This document shows, in pieces, positions 9,314 through 19,264 of a stretch of 64,000 nt of DNA. Both the position numbers and the translations under genes were made by a program. The notes beneath the pieces are model-generated. The model worked only from the letters and a program-made list of their open reading frames with translations. It did not search any database and was not told where the DNA came from. The stretch spans positions 37,001 through 101,000 of the forward strand of contig DATBHW010000047.1 in NCBI GenBank assembly GCA_036557285.1, written 5' to 3'. Source of the stretch: Ktedonobacterales bacterium (GTDB lineage: Bacteria > Chloroflexota > Ktedonobacteria > Ktedonobacterales > DATBGS01). Every line of letters begins with the position of its first letter. Within the stretch, counting starts at the first letter, position 1.

Positions 9314-9668
9314 GTGTAGCGCCGCCGTCCCTGGCGGCGAACAGCTACGCTCTAGTTCCCCCAAACATGCGGTGTTGCCAGGCGAGGCGTGGTACTTGTA
9401 GCGCCGCCTCCCTTCGGGAAGGGCCGCTTGCCTCGGCTGGGCCTCGGCAGTCTCGCTCCCGGTGGTCGCTCGCGCGTCCCTCCTGGCGGCTCAACGCTGG
9501 CCTACTGGTGTGTTGGCCCGCAGGGCGAAAGCTCGCCCTGGCGCAGCGGTGGCCTGCTGGTCCGGTGGCCTGGAGGGCGAACGCTCGCCAGGCGCAGCGT
9601 TGGCCGCCAAGATGGCGGCGCTACAAGTACCATGCCTCGCTTGCCAACACCTCAGATTTGGTAGAACC
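9314..9668. repeat. Family-A repeat cluster with ~42-bp inverted termini
   Basis: Left AGTTCCCCCAAACATGCGGTGTTGCCAGGCGAGGCGTGGTAC (from about 9354) and right GTACCATGCCTCGCTTGCCAACACCTCAGATTTGGTAGAACC (to 9668) are inverted copies. The interior contains hairpin modules plus a CGAGCGACCA...CCCTTCGGGAAGGG insert variant. Confidence 0.85.
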
Positions 9669-9685
9669 CCCTTACTCCTGCCTAC

Positions 9686-9715
9686 TGGACAAGCACTCCC
9701 TGGCCCCCATATAAT
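9686..9715 (+). promoter_or_regulatory. Candidate promoter of the gcv operon (TGGACA-18 nt-TATAAT)
   Basis: TGGACA at 9686-9691 and TATAAT at 9710-9715, about 120 nt upstream of gcvT. Confidence 0.45.
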
Positions 9716-9837
9716 ACTCTAAACAACATCAGCATTACGCGCGCAAAAGACCCTATGCCTATGGCCCCCTGCCAGCAACGCTGCTGCTGAATCTTGGTGA
9801 ACTATGAAGACGCGACAAGCTACCCCAGGAGAATGTA

Positions 9838-10962
9838 ATGAGCAACGCAACGCAGCCTGCTCCCGCGCTGAAGCGTACACCACTCTACGACCTGCACCTG
9901 GAATCGGGCGGGCGCATGGTCGAGTTCGGCGGCTGGGAAATGCCGGTACAGTATCGCGGCATTATCGAAGAACACCAGGCCGTTCGCACCCGCGCCGGGT
10001 TGTTCGATGTCAGCCACATGGGCGAGTTCCGCATCGAAGGGCCGGGCGCGCTGGACTTCTTGCAGCATCTCGTGCCGAACAACGTCGCAAGGCTGGCAAT
10101 CAATCAGACGCTCTATACCCAGCTTTGCCTGCCCAGTGGTGGGACTATTGACGATTGCACCCTCTATCGCCTGGCTGAGCAGCGTTTTCTGCTCGTCGTC
10201 AACGCTTCCACCTGCGACAAAGACTGGGCCTGGGTCAACCAGCACGCCACCAGCTTTGATCTGACCACGCTGGAAAACGCCACCGACGAAATCGCCCTCT
10301 TTGCCTTCCAGGGACCGCAGGCCGAGGCCATCCTGCAACCTCTCGCAGACACCGACCTGGCTGCCATTCCGTATTATCATTGCCTCCCCGGAGCCATCGC
10401 TGGCATCCCCGCGCTGATCTCGCGCACCGGCTATACCGGCGAAGACGGCTTCGAGTTGTATCACCATGCCACAGATGCCCCGGAGCTATGGCGCGTCATT
10501 CTGGAGGCCGGACAGGCCAGCGGCGCGCTGCCGATTGGCCTGGGCGCGCGCGATACCCTGCGGCTGGAAGCGGGCTTTTGCCTTTATGGACACGAACTGA
10601 CCGAAGAGATCACCCCGCTGGAGGCCGCGCTGGGCTGGAGCGTGAAGCTGGACAAAGGCGTTGATTTTATCGGGTGCGAAGCACTGGCACGCCAGAAGCA
10701 GGAAGGGCTGAAGCGCAAGAGGATCGGTATCGAGATGACGGATCGCAGCGTGCCACGCGCAGGCTATGCCCTGCTGGCAGACGGCCAGCCGGTGGGCGAA
10801 CTGACCAGCGGCACACTTGGCCCCAGCCTGAATAAGACGATTGGCATGGGCTACGTCCCGCCTGACTATGCGAAAGCAGGAACGGCGCTGGAAGTCGAGA
10901 TTCGCGGCAAGAGGGTCGGCGCAGCGGTCGTCTCCCTGCCATTTTATAAACGCCCTCGATAA
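9838..10962 (+). CDS. gcvT: Glycine cleavage system T protein (aminomethyltransferase)
   Basis: 374 aa. Clear family resemblance (LKRTPLYDLH, GWEMPVQY, HQAVRTRAGLFDVSHMGEF, ISRTGYTGEDGFEL). AGGAG RBS. Followed by gcvH, gcvPA and gcvPB. Confidence 0.95.
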   Translation: MSNATQPAPALKRTPLYDLHLESGGRMVEFGGWEMPVQYRGIIEEHQAVRTRAGLFDVSHMGEFRIEGPGALDFLQHLVPNNVARLAINQTLYTQLCLPSGGTIDDCTLYRLAEQRFLLVVNASTCDKDWAWVNQHATSFDLTTLENATDEIALFAFQGPQAEAILQPLADTDLAAIPYYHCLPGAIAGIPALISRTGYTGEDGFELYHHATDAPELWRVILEAGQASGALPIGLGARDTLRLEAGFCLYGHELTEEITPLEAALGWSVKLDKGVDFIGCEALARQKQEGLKRKRIGIEMTDRSVPRAGYALLADGQPVGELTSGTLGPSLNKTIGMGYVPPDYAKAGTALEVEIRGKRVGAAVVSLPFYKRPR

Positions 10963-11014
10963 TCAGACCAAATGATACGCCTGTTTCTGACGGGCGAAAG
11001 GAGCGACAAGCAGC

Positions 11015-11413
11015 ATGGCAAAACTCATCCATCCCGCTACCCTGCGCTACGCCGACACCCACGAATGGGTGCGTGTCGAAGGCGATGAGGCGGTGATCGG
11101 CATCTCGGATTACGCCCAGGACTCGCTGGGCGATGTCGTCTATCTGGACTTGCAGAGCAAAGTCGGCCAGCAGGTGAAGCAGAGCGGGCATTTCGGCGAC
11201 ATCGAGTCGGTGAAAGCAACCTCTGAACTCTTCGCCCCCGTCGGCGGCGAGGTCGTGCGCGTCAACGACAAGCTCTCTGAACAGTCCGAACTGGTGAATA
11301 CGGACCCCTATGGCGACGGCTGGATGCTGGTCATCAAAATGAGCGATCCCGCCGAAGTGGACAGGCTCATGACCGCCGAGCAATACGAAGAATTTCTCAA
11401 GAGCGGGCATTAG
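11015..11413 (+). CDS. gcvH: Glycine cleavage system H protein (lipoyl carrier)
   Basis: 132 aa. Lipoyl-lysine context ESVKATSELFAPV and HEWVRVEGD. AAAGGAG RBS. Confidence 0.95.
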   Translation: MAKLIHPATLRYADTHEWVRVEGDEAVIGISDYAQDSLGDVVYLDLQSKVGQQVKQSGHFGDIESVKATSELFAPVGGEVVRVNDKLSEQSELVNTDPYGDGWMLVIKMSDPAEVDRLMTAEQYEEFLKSGH

Positions 11414-11444
11414 GCTGGCGTGGGTTTCCGACGGAGTAGATCAT

Positions 11445-12821
11445 ATGAACACCTATGTTCCCAACACCACTGCCGATCAGCAGGTCATGTTACGCAGCCT
11501 GGGCGCAGACAGCATCGAAGACCTGCTGCAAAGCATCCCCAAAAGCCTGCGGCTCAACCGCCCGCTGAACCTGCCGCCGGGCGCGAGCGAACTGGAACTG
11601 CGCCGCATTCTTGGCAGGATGGCCGCCAAAAACAGCGACCTGGACCGCGCGCCCGGCTTCCTGGGCGCGGGCATCTACGACCACTACATCCCGGCGGTCG
11701 TCCCCCATCTGGTCAAACGCTCCGAGTTTTACACCTCCTACACGCCCTACCAACCGGAAGTTAGCCAGGGTATCCTCCAGGCTATCTACGAGTTCCAGAC
11801 GTTGATGTGCCAGTTGACCGGCCTGGACATCGCCAACGCCTCCCTCTACGACGGCTCAACCGCCGTTGCCGAAGCTGCCCAGCTTGCTGTCGGCCCCACA
11901 GGCCGGGGTACGGTGGTTATCTCTCGCGCCGTTGATCCGCAGTATCGCGCCCTGGCGCACACCTACGCGCACGCGCGCGGCTACGAGATCAAAGAGGTTG
12001 GCTTCGATCAACAGACCGGCGCTACCGATCTGAAGGCGCTGGACGCTGCGGTCGAAAGAGACACCGCCGCCGTGATCATCCAGCAGCCCAACTTCTTTGG
12101 CGCGCTGGAAGACACACAGGCCATCGAAGCGATCACCCACAAAGGCAAGGCGCTCTTTGTCGTCGCCATCAGCGAGCCGTTCTCGCTGGGCGTGCTGGAA
12201 GCGCCGGGCCATTACGGCGCTGATCTGGCGGTGGGCGAAGGCATGGCGCTGGGCAATCCCGTCAGCTACGGCGGCCCCGGCGTGGGCTTCTTCGCCGCCA
12301 GGAACGAATATATGCGCCGCATGCCGGGCCGCCTGGCGGGCAAGACGGTTGATACTCACGGCCAGACCGGCTATGTCCTCACGCTTCAGACACGCGAGCA
12401 GCACATCCGCCGCGAGCGCGCCACATCGAATATCTGCACGAATCAGGCGCTGGTGGCGCTGGCCGCGACGGTCTATCTGGCCTCGGTGGGCAAAGCGGGC
12501 TTTCAGGACGCGGCCAGGCAATCGCTCCAGAAAGCGCACTACGCCTATCAGCGCATCAGCGAGGTTCCGGGGTTCCAACCGGCTTTTACCAGTCCTTTCT
12601 TCGATGAGTTTGCCATGCGCTGCCCGATGCCCGTCCGCGACCTGAATCGGCGGCTCATCGAGCAGGGCTTCATCGGCGGCTATGGGCTGGACAAAGCCTA
12701 TCCAGAACTGGAGAACGTAGCCCTCTTCTGCGTGACCGAGACACGCACCAGAGACGAGATCGATCAATTTGTGGATGCCCTGGCGAGGATCACGCAGACG
12801 GCGGGGGTTGCTGGCGGTTAA
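11445..12821 (+). CDS. gcvPA: Glycine dehydrogenase (decarboxylating) subunit 1
   Basis: 458 aa. YTPYQPEVSQGILQAIYEFQT and NASLYDGSTA motifs of the P-protein N-terminal subunit. Confidence 0.95.
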   Translation: MNTYVPNTTADQQVMLRSLGADSIEDLLQSIPKSLRLNRPLNLPPGASELELRRILGRMAAKNSDLDRAPGFLGAGIYDHYIPAVVPHLVKRSEFYTSYTPYQPEVSQGILQAIYEFQTLMCQLTGLDIANASLYDGSTAVAEAAQLAVGPTGRGTVVISRAVDPQYRALAHTYAHARGYEIKEVGFDQQTGATDLKALDAAVERDTAAVIIQQPNFFGALEDTQAIEAITHKGKALFVVAISEPFSLGVLEAPGHYGADLAVGEGMALGNPVSYGGPGVGFFAARNEYMRRMPGRLAGKTVDTHGQTGYVLTLQTREQHIRRERATSNICTNQALVALAATVYLASVGKAGFQDAARQSLQKAHYAYQRISEVPGFQPAFTSPFFDEFAMRCPMPVRDLNRRLIEQGFIGGYGLDKAYPELENVALFCVTETRTRDEIDQFVDALARITQTAGVAGG

Positions 12822-12824
12822 AAT

Positions 12825-12965
12825 CGCGCCTACGGGCGGCCAGCCACTTGTAGCGCCGCCTTCCAGGCGGCCAACGACTCGCCGCCAGGGACGGCGGCGG
12901 TACAGGCAGAGGTCGCCTGTACCGCCAGCCTCCGTGCTGGCGCGGGCGGGGGAGGGTGCGGCGCT
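12825..12965. repeat. Family-A repeat inserted between gcvPA and gcvPB
   Basis: CCACTTGTAGCGCCGCCTTCCAGGCGGC ... GGCGGCGGTACAGGCAG ... CCTGTACCGCCAGCCTCCGTGCTGGCGCGGGCGGGG. Occupies most of the 213-bp gap inside the operon. Confidence 0.85.
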
Positions 12966-13034
12966 GCACGCGAACGCCGCGCTCGCGCCTGTTATTGAGG
13001 GCTTGCTATTGCTTATTATCAAGGAGTCTCTCTC

Positions 13035-14501
13035 ATGAGTACCGAACCGCTCATTTTCGAGATCGGCGCGCTGGGTCGGCGCGGCGCAACCCTGCCCGCC
13101 CTGGACGTACCCGAACAGCCCATAGATGATCTCATTCCGGCGGCCCTCCAGCGCAAGACGCCCGCCCCACTGCCCGAAGTCAGCGAGATCGAACTGGTGC
13201 GCCACTACACCCACCTCTCGCAGCGCAACGTCGGCGTAGACTCGATCTTCTATCCCCTCGGCTCCTGCACCATGAAATACAACCCCAAGATCAACGAAGA
13301 GATGCAGGCGCTGCCCGGCTTTGCCCGCATCCATCCTGCCCAGGATGAATCTACAGCGCAGGGAGCCATCCAACTGCTCTACGAGCTAGAACAGTACCTC
13401 TGCGAGATCGCGGGCATGACGCGCTTCACGCTCCAGCCCGCTGCCGGCGCGCATGGCGAAATCACCGGCCTGATGGTCATCAAAGCCTATCACCAGAGTC
13501 GCGGCGACACCAGGCGCAATATCATCCTCATTCCCGACAACGCGCATGGCACCAATCCCGCCAGCGCCACCCTGGCAGACTACCTGACCGTCGAAGTCCC
13601 CTCTGACCGGCGCGGCAATATGGACATAGCCGCGCTCAAAGCCGTCCTGGCCGAGCGCGGCAGCGAAGTGGCCGGCATCATGATGACCAACCCGAACACC
13701 CTGGGCGTCTTCGACGAGAACATCGAGACGATTGCTCGCATGGTGCATGAAGCGGGCGGTCAGCTCTATTATGACGGCGCGAACGCGAACGCCATCCTGG
13801 GCATCACGCGCCCCGGCGACATGGGCTTCGATGTCGTCCACCTCAACCTGCACAAGACGTGCAGCGTGCCGCATGGCGGCGGCGGCCCTGGCGCTGGCCC
13901 CATCGGCGTCAAAGCGCATCTCGTCCCCTTCCTGCCCGGCCCGCTGCCCGCAAAGAACGAACAGGGCTATTATTGGGAAGAAGCTGGCGCGCCATCCATT
14001 GGCCGCGTGCGCGCCAACTACGGCAACTTCCTGGCGCTCGTGCGCGCCTACACCTATATTCGCTTTCATGGCCCCGACGGCCTGCGGCATGTCAGCGACA
14101 GCGCCGTCCTCAACGCCAACTACATCATGCACGCGCTCAAGGATGTCTACGAACTGCCCTATGATCGCGCCTGCATGCACGAATGCGTGCTGTCGTCCCG
14201 CCGCCAGCGCGAGGAGTACGATGTCCACGCGACAGACGTTGCCAAGCGGCTCATAGACTTCAACATCCATCCGCCGACCATCTACTTCCCCCTGATCGTT
14301 CCCGAAGCCCTGATGATCGAGCCGACGGAGACAGAGACCAAAGAAACGCTGGACAACTTTATCGCGGTCATGCGCCAGATCGCAGAGGAGGCACAGACCA
14401 ACCCCGCCATCCTCCGCGAAGCGCCGCACCACACCCCCGTTGGCCGTCTCGACCAAACGCAGGCCGCCCGCAAGCCCGACCTGTGCTGGCTAGGAGCCTG
14501 A
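13035..14501 (+). CDS. gcvPB: Glycine dehydrogenase (decarboxylating) subunit 2
   Basis: 488 aa. PLP-lysine context [18 protein letters not shown] and [18 protein letters not shown]. Confidence 0.95.
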   Translation: MSTEPLIFEIGALGRRGATLPALDVPEQPIDDLIPAALQRKTPAPLPEVSEIELVRHYTHLSQRNVGVDSIFYPLGSCTMKYNPKINEEMQALPGFARIHPAQDESTAQGAIQLLYELEQYLCEIAGMTRFTLQPAAGAHGEITGLMVIKAYHQSRGDTRRNIILIPDNAHGTNPASATLADYLTVEVPSDRRGNMDIAALKAVLAERGSEVAGIMMTNPNTLGVFDENIETIARMVHEAGGQLYYDGANANAILGITRPGDMGFDVVHLNLHKTCSVPHGGGGPGAGPIGVKAHLVPFLPGPLPAKNEQGYYWEEAGAPSIGRVRANYGNFLALVRAYTYIRFHGPDGLRHVSDSAVLNANYIMHALKDVYELPYDRACMHECVLSSRRQREEYDVHATDVAKRLIDFNIHPPTIYFPLIVPEALMIEPTETETKETLDNFIAVMRQIAEEAQTNPAILREAPHHTPVGRLDQTQAARKPDLCWLGA

Positions 14502-14504
14502 CAT

Positions 14505-14705
14505 GCCACTGGTAGCGCCGCCTTCCAGGCGGCCTCTGCCTGTACCGCCGCCGTCCCTGGCGGCCAACCCGCTGCGCCAGGGCCAACGTTCGCCCTCCAG
14601 ACCACCTGACCAGCCGGCCAACGTTGCGCCAGCACGGAGGCTGGCGGTACAGGCGCTCCCCACCCCGCCTGTACCGCCGCCGTCCCTGGCGGCGCTGCCA
14701 GTAAA
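14505..14705. repeat. Family-A repeat cluster
   Basis: Starts 4 bp after the gcvPB stop. CCACTGGTAGCGCCGCCTTCCAGGCGGC, CTGTACCGCCGCCGTCCCTGGCGGC, GCACGGAGGCTGGCGGTACAGG units. Confidence 0.85.
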
Positions 14706-14900
14706 ACGCCCTTCTTCAAGGGGGTCCTGGATAACGGCCCTGAATCGGCACGAGAATTGCTGACGGACTCCCAGAGAAGCCATACTTCCAGGCAGGAGCC
14801 TGGAGGCATGCTGTACTGATGAGGCTGACCAGAAAAAAAGCTTCCGGGTTCTGGTCTTTGTCAACGCGCAGCGGAGACAGGACACCTCCGAGAGATTCTC

Positions 14901-17582
14901 ATGAACATCGTGCGCCAATCCGAATCGAACTCCCCGCCTCCCCTGGACAACAAAAAGGGCATGCCAGACAAACCCACGCGGCGCTTTTGGCTGGCAGTGG
15001 CGCGCTGGTTCCGCGTGAACACCTTTGCCCCGGCCTGGCTGGGCGAACGCTGGGGGCATCCCCTTTGGGGCATCCTGGCGGCTCTTCTCTTGCAAGGGGC
15101 TGCCATTACCCTCACGCTGCTGCTGGAGAAAGTCTTCCCCGCCTATGTTTTCCAGAGCGTCCTCTCCATGCTGGGCGTTGCAGTGATCGCGCTTTCCTGG
15201 GGCGCGGGTCCAAGCGTGGTAGCAACCATCATTGGCGCTCTCCTCATAGAGTTCGTCGTTTTGCCTCCGTCGCTCAACTGGATTCTCCATACTGGCAGCG
15301 AAGTGATTGGCGTCGCGCTTTACCTCCTGGCCGGTTCGGTCATCAGCGCCCTGGCGAGCCAGACCGAACGGGCGCGCCGGAACGCGCAAACCCTGGCCGC
15401 CTCGCTGGAGAAAGAACGCGCCCGACTGGAGACGGTTCTGGAAGCCATGCCCGATGGGGTCTCCCTCCACGATGCGCAGGGAAACATCGTCTGGCTCAAT
15501 CGCAAGGGGCGGCTGAATATTGGATCGGCGGACGAACAGCCTCCCATGGCGCACATGCCACAGGTCTACGCAGTACGTACCTCTTCAGGCGCCCCTTTAA
15601 CCGTTGAAGAACTGCCTCTCGCCAGGGCGCTCAAGGGCGAAACCATCGAAAGCGTGGAATTGTCTTATCGCGGCAAGGGCCAAGAGCATCCGTGTACGAT
15701 GAGCGCCGCGCCCTTATTCGACGACCAGGGCCGGGTGGAGAACGTCGTAATCGTTGTCCATGACATCTCTGCCCTGCGGCATGCCGAAAGCGAGGCGGCA
15801 AAACGGGCCAGCGAACTTGAAGCCATCTTCGAGGCTATTGCCGATGGCGTGATGGTTTACGACACCGAAGGGCGGATTCTGCGTATGAACCCGGCTGGAC
15901 AGGCCATGCTCGCCCGCATCACGCCGCTTGATACAGCTACCCTGACCCTGCCGGAACGCCTCGAAAGGGCAGGCGGGCTGCGCGATGAGCGCGGCGCTCC
16001 GCTGCCCCAGGCTGACTGGCCCCAGTTCCGCGCCTTGCGCAGCGAGGTTTTGACCGGCTCCAATGCGCCCGACATCCTCGTGCGGCTGCTCGATGGAAAT
16101 GAGATGGAACTCAATGTGAGTGGTGCGCCCATCCGCACGCAAAACGGGCAGGTGGCCGGAATCGTTTGCCTCTACAGCGACGTGACCGAGCGACGGCGGC
16201 TGGAACGACGGACACAAGAAGCATTGGAATCGCTGCTGCTCATGGCAGAGGCGCTGGCACAGGTTCCGCCTGCCTTCCTCCCTGGTGAACAAAACGCCAC
16301 GCCGCCGCCCAACGAGGCAGCCCAACGCCTGGTTGAACTCACCCGTCGCGTCCTGGGCTGCCAGCGCGTGGGCATCCTGGCGATTGAACCGGAGACCGAA
16401 CTCGAACGCCCTATTGCCGCTGTCGGGCTAAACCCGGAAGAGGAACTGCGCTTGTGGACCGAGCAGCAGAAAATACCGCTCAGCGCAGCCCGCGACCCAA
16501 CCCCCTCGTCGCGCCTGCATGCCGGAGAGATCGTCATCGTCAATAGGTCGGAGCCTCCCTACCAGGGCAAGCCCAATCCTTACAACACCCAAACGGTGCT
16601 GGTCGCGCCAATACGCATCGGCGAGCGATTAATCGGCATCCTGGGTCTGGATTACGGCAGCGTCCCGCATTCCTTTACCAGCGAAGAGATCGCTCTGGCG
16701 GGCGCTGTCAGCCAACTGGGCGCGCTGGTTCTGGAGCGCGAGCGGCTGATGCGCGAGCGGGGAGAGGCGCAGGTGAAAGTGCTGGCCTTGCAAGAAGCAA
16801 CCCAGCGGATGGACGAATTCCTCAGCGTCATCAGCCACGAACTCCGCACCCCCGTCACCTCCATTAAGATCGGCATCCAACTGCTGCTCAAGCGCATCGA
16901 GCGCCCGGCCTCCGACGACCAGATCAGCCCGGATCGCCTCCAGAGCCTCCTCCAGCGCCAGGAGCGCGGCCTCCAGGTCACTGATCAACAAATCCGGCGG
17001 CTGACTCACCTGCTCGATGACCTGATCGATCTGTCGCGCATTCGCACCGGCAAGCTGGAGATGCACGTCGAAGTGTGCAACCTGAGCGCGCTGGTGCGCG
17101 AGATGGTTGAGGAGGAGCAGCTAGCCCACCCGGACCGCATCATCAAGCTAGAGCTACCCCCGGACGCGCCTCTCCAGGCGCTGGCGGACCCGAACCGGAT
17201 TGCGCAAGTCCTCACCAACTACCTGACCAATGCCCTGAAATACTCTCAATCTGACCAACCTGTCGAGGTTGGGCTGCGTATCGAAGGGCGGCAGGCATGC
17301 GTCTGGGTGCGTGACCACGGGCAAGGCATCTCTCCGGCGGAACAGGCGCGTGTCTGGGAACTCTTTCATCGCGTCCCCGGCATCGAGGTGAAAAGCGGAT
17401 CGGGCATCGGGCTGGGGCTGGGGCTGTACATTAGTAAGATGATGATCGCGCGCCATCACGGAAAGGTGGGAGTCAAGAGCATCCCAGGCCAGGGGTCCAC
17501 CTTCTGGTTTACCCTGCCGCTGGCGCCTGTGCCAGCACAGGCGCTGGGAGACGCCCCAACAGCCGTGAATCAACAGCCGTGA
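14901..17582 (+). CDS. Sensor histidine kinase (multi-TM N-terminus, PAS x2-3, GAF-like, HisKA, HATPase_c)
   Basis: 893 aa. H-box SHELRTPVTSI and ATP-lid GSGIGLGLGLYISK. PAS-like blocks (DGVSLHDAQGNIVWLN, DGVMVYDTEGRILRMN). No response regulator is adjacent. Confidence 0.9.
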   Translation: MNIVRQSESNSPPPLDNKKGMPDKPTRRFWLAVARWFRVNTFAPAWLGERWGHPLWGILAALLLQGAAITLTLLLEKVFPAYVFQSVLSMLGVAVIALSWGAGPSVVATIIGALLIEFVVLPPSLNWILHTGSEVIGVALYLLAGSVISALASQTERARRNAQTLAASLEKERARLETVLEAMPDGVSLHDAQGNIVWLNRKGRLNIGSADEQPPMAHMPQVYAVRTSSGAPLTVEELPLARALKGETIESVELSYRGKGQEHPCTMSAAPLFDDQGRVENVVIVVHDISALRHAESEAAKRASELEAIFEAIADGVMVYDTEGRILRMNPAGQAMLARITPLDTATLTLPERLERAGGLRDERGAPLPQADWPQFRALRSEVLTGSNAPDILVRLLDGNEMELNVSGAPIRTQNGQVAGIVCLYSDVTERRRLERRTQEALESLLLMAEALAQVPPAFLPGEQNATPPPNEAAQRLVELTRRVLGCQRVGILAIEPETELERPIAAVGLNPEEELRLWTEQQKIPLSAARDPTPSSRLHAGEIVIVNRSEPPYQGKPNPYNTQTVLVAPIRIGERLIGILGLDYGSVPHSFTSEEIALAGAVSQLGALVLERERLMRERGEAQVKVLALQEATQRMDEFLSVISHELRTPVTSIKIGIQLLLKRIERPASDDQISPDRLQSLLQRQERGLQVTDQQIRRLTHLLDDLIDLSRIRTGKLEMHVEVCNLSALVREMVEEEQLAHPDRIIKLELPPDAPLQALADPNRIAQVLTNYLTNALKYSQSDQPVEVGLRIEGRQACVWVRDHGQGISPAEQARVWELFHRVPGIEVKSGSGIGLGLGLYISKMMIARHHGKVGVKSIPGQGSTFWFTLPLAPVPAQALGDAPTAVNQQP

Positions 17583-18784
17583 ATATGATAAGCAATCTGC
17601 GCCGTTCCGTCTTTTCCAGAGGCGTTCGTCGTAATCGTGATCGTGCCATCAATATTGCCCACACTTGCCGTCACCTTGACAGTCACCTCATCTGTTCCGC
17701 TGTTCGGTGGCCCAAAGAGGCTGCCGTTGGAGTGGTCCAGCGACACTGGTTTCGCAGAATTGCCCACCGGATTCACCCTGGCCGACCAGGCAAGCGTCTT
17801 CCCGCCAACATTTTTGAGGATAAAGCCGCTGCTCCCCTTACCGGGGCAGGGAACGATGAGCGGGTTCCCTGTTACTCGTAATTGAGGAGGGTCGGCGCTG
17901 AGCGTCGCTGTGGGCTGCGGCGTGATCGTTGGCAGCGTAAGCGAAAACGTGGGAATAGCCGATGGCTCGATGCCAGAGCTTTCCTGTGGGCTGGAACTCA
18001 GCCCCAGATAAATGACCCCCCCCGCCATAATCCCCAGGATCACAAACACCATCACAAAGCTCACAACTACTCGTGGCCGAGGTGCTTCACCGTCCGACAT
18101 CCGGCCCGGTCCATTGAGGCTGCCCAGGCCCAACTCGTCCAACAGCCGGTCCGCTACCCTCTGGCGCGCGGGCGGCGCTGATGGGCGTTCAACCGGCGCT
18201 CGCCCGCGCCCTGGCGGGTCCACAGCCATCTCCTGCTTTGGAGGCGGCAAACCCATCTCATCAAAAAAGTCGTTCCTCTCTGGCCTGGCCGCTTCCCTCC
18301 TTGGGGGCATCGCAACAGGGGTAGAAGCTACGGCGGGAGCAGCCTTAGCAGGAGCAGGCTGGCTTGGCGCTGAAGAGGCGATCTCCTGCCACTGGCGGCG
18401 AATGCTGGCGAGCGCGCTGTGCAGCCGGAAAAGACCGGCAACCGGGCTATCTGGTTCCGGTTTACTGGGCGGAGGCGCTCCACCCAGCAGCGCCCCGGCC
18501 AGCCCCTCTATCTGCCCAATATGATCGCCGCTGCTCAGCAGGTGGCTGAAGAACCGTTCCAGAAGCTCAGAACGCGGACCCTCCTCACGGTCAAACTCAG
18601 CCTCCAGTCCCGTCAAGTCTGACCAGACGACGCTCCGCAGGCTCTCCACCTCTTCCTGGCCCGCCGGATCGACTGCCTTTGCCGTATCGAGCGTGCGCAG
18701 CGCCTCTGTGACCGCCATCTGGACCTGTCGAGAAAGCTGCTGAACAGACACCTCTGACGCCCTGCCTGGCTGATTAGATCCCAT
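17570..18784 (-). CDS. Hypothetical single-pass membrane protein with beta-rich extracytoplasmic domain
   Basis: 404 aa. Soluble N-terminal region, P/A-rich linker, TM VVVSFVMVFVILGIMAGGVIYLGL, C-terminal domain of about 130 aa. AAAGGA RBS. The 3' end overlaps the kinase 3' end by 13 nt (convergent). Confidence 0.6.
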   Translation of the reverse strand: MGSNQPGRASEVSVQQLSRQVQMAVTEALRTLDTAKAVDPAGQEEVESLRSVVWSDLTGLEAEFDREEGPRSELLERFFSHLLSSGDHIGQIEGLAGALLGGAPPPSKPEPDSPVAGLFRLHSALASIRRQWQEIASSAPSQPAPAKAAPAVASTPVAMPPRREAARPERNDFFDEMGLPPPKQEMAVDPPGRGRAPVERPSAPPARQRVADRLLDELGLGSLNGPGRMSDGEAPRPRVVVSFVMVFVILGIMAGGVIYLGLSSSPQESSGIEPSAIPTFSLTLPTITPQPTATLSADPPQLRVTGNPLIVPCPGKGSSGFILKNVGGKTLAWSARVNPVGNSAKPVSLDHSNGSLFGPPNSGTDEVTVKVTASVGNIDGTITITTNASGKDGTAQIAYHIHGC

Positions 18785-18898
18785 CGCCCGATGTTCCTTT
18801 CCGCATCAGGGGTCTTTGCCAGACCTCTGATCTCCCCTGAAGAATGCTGCCCTATTTTATAACGACTGAGCAAAACAGGCAAGTCCGGCGGCGAACCT

Positions 18899-19177
18899 GA
18901 TTCCACCAACTATCGGAGGGCGCCACTGGTAGCGCCGCCATCTTGGCGGCTCGCCACTGGTAGCGCCGCCGTCCCGGCGGCTCGCCACTGGCTTGCCTGT
19001 ACATGGCGCTGGAGGGCAGACGCCACTTGTAGCGCCGCCATCCTGGCAGCTCAACGCTGGCCTGCTGGCACGTTGGCCTGAAAGGCGAGCGCTCGCCCTG
19101 GCGCAGCGGGGGCCGCCTGGAAGGCGGCGCTACAAGTACCATGCCTCGCTTGCCAACATCTCCTGTGTGGTGGAACC
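18899..19177. mobile_element. Family-A MITE-like element with flanking 9-bp direct repeats (8/9 identical)
   Basis: Termini GATTCCACCAACTATCGG... and ...GTGTGGTGGAACC. Flanks GGCGAACCT (18890-18898) and GGCGAAACT (19178-19186). Confidence 0.75.
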
Positions 19178-19264
19178 GGCGAAACTCTGCCCATTGCCCC
19201 ACGTAGACAATATTGGTATGATGGGTTCAGGTCGTAGCACAACAGGAAGAGGCAGGTCAAACCT

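Noticed and set aside
9345-9677. Target-site duplication for the element at 9354-9668 (and for 38489-38662 and 50135-50376)
   Set aside because: The 9-bp flanks do not match (CTACGCTCT vs CCCTTACTC, GCGTACCTA vs CACATCCTG). At 50135-50376 only AACTTA is shared. The cause is probably adjacent or nested insertions or decay, so these are reported as repeats only.
9716-9837. Expected glycine riboswitch upstream of gcvT
   Set aside because: I could not find the conserved glycine-aptamer core sequences by eye. I report it as absent pending a cmsearch, not as a feature.
11856-13373. Large antisense ORFs opposite confident genes (for example 11856..13373, 13386..14456, 8033..8749, 19130..20449, 24684..25775, 30940..31860, 46723..47781, 48842..50020, 53138..54463, 59368..60258, 59805..60905, 41337..42368, 41521..42471)
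   Set aside because: These are typical high-GC shadow ORFs. The opposite-strand genes have clear family motifs, RBSs and operon logic. The shadow products are low-complexity R/A/G/H-rich.
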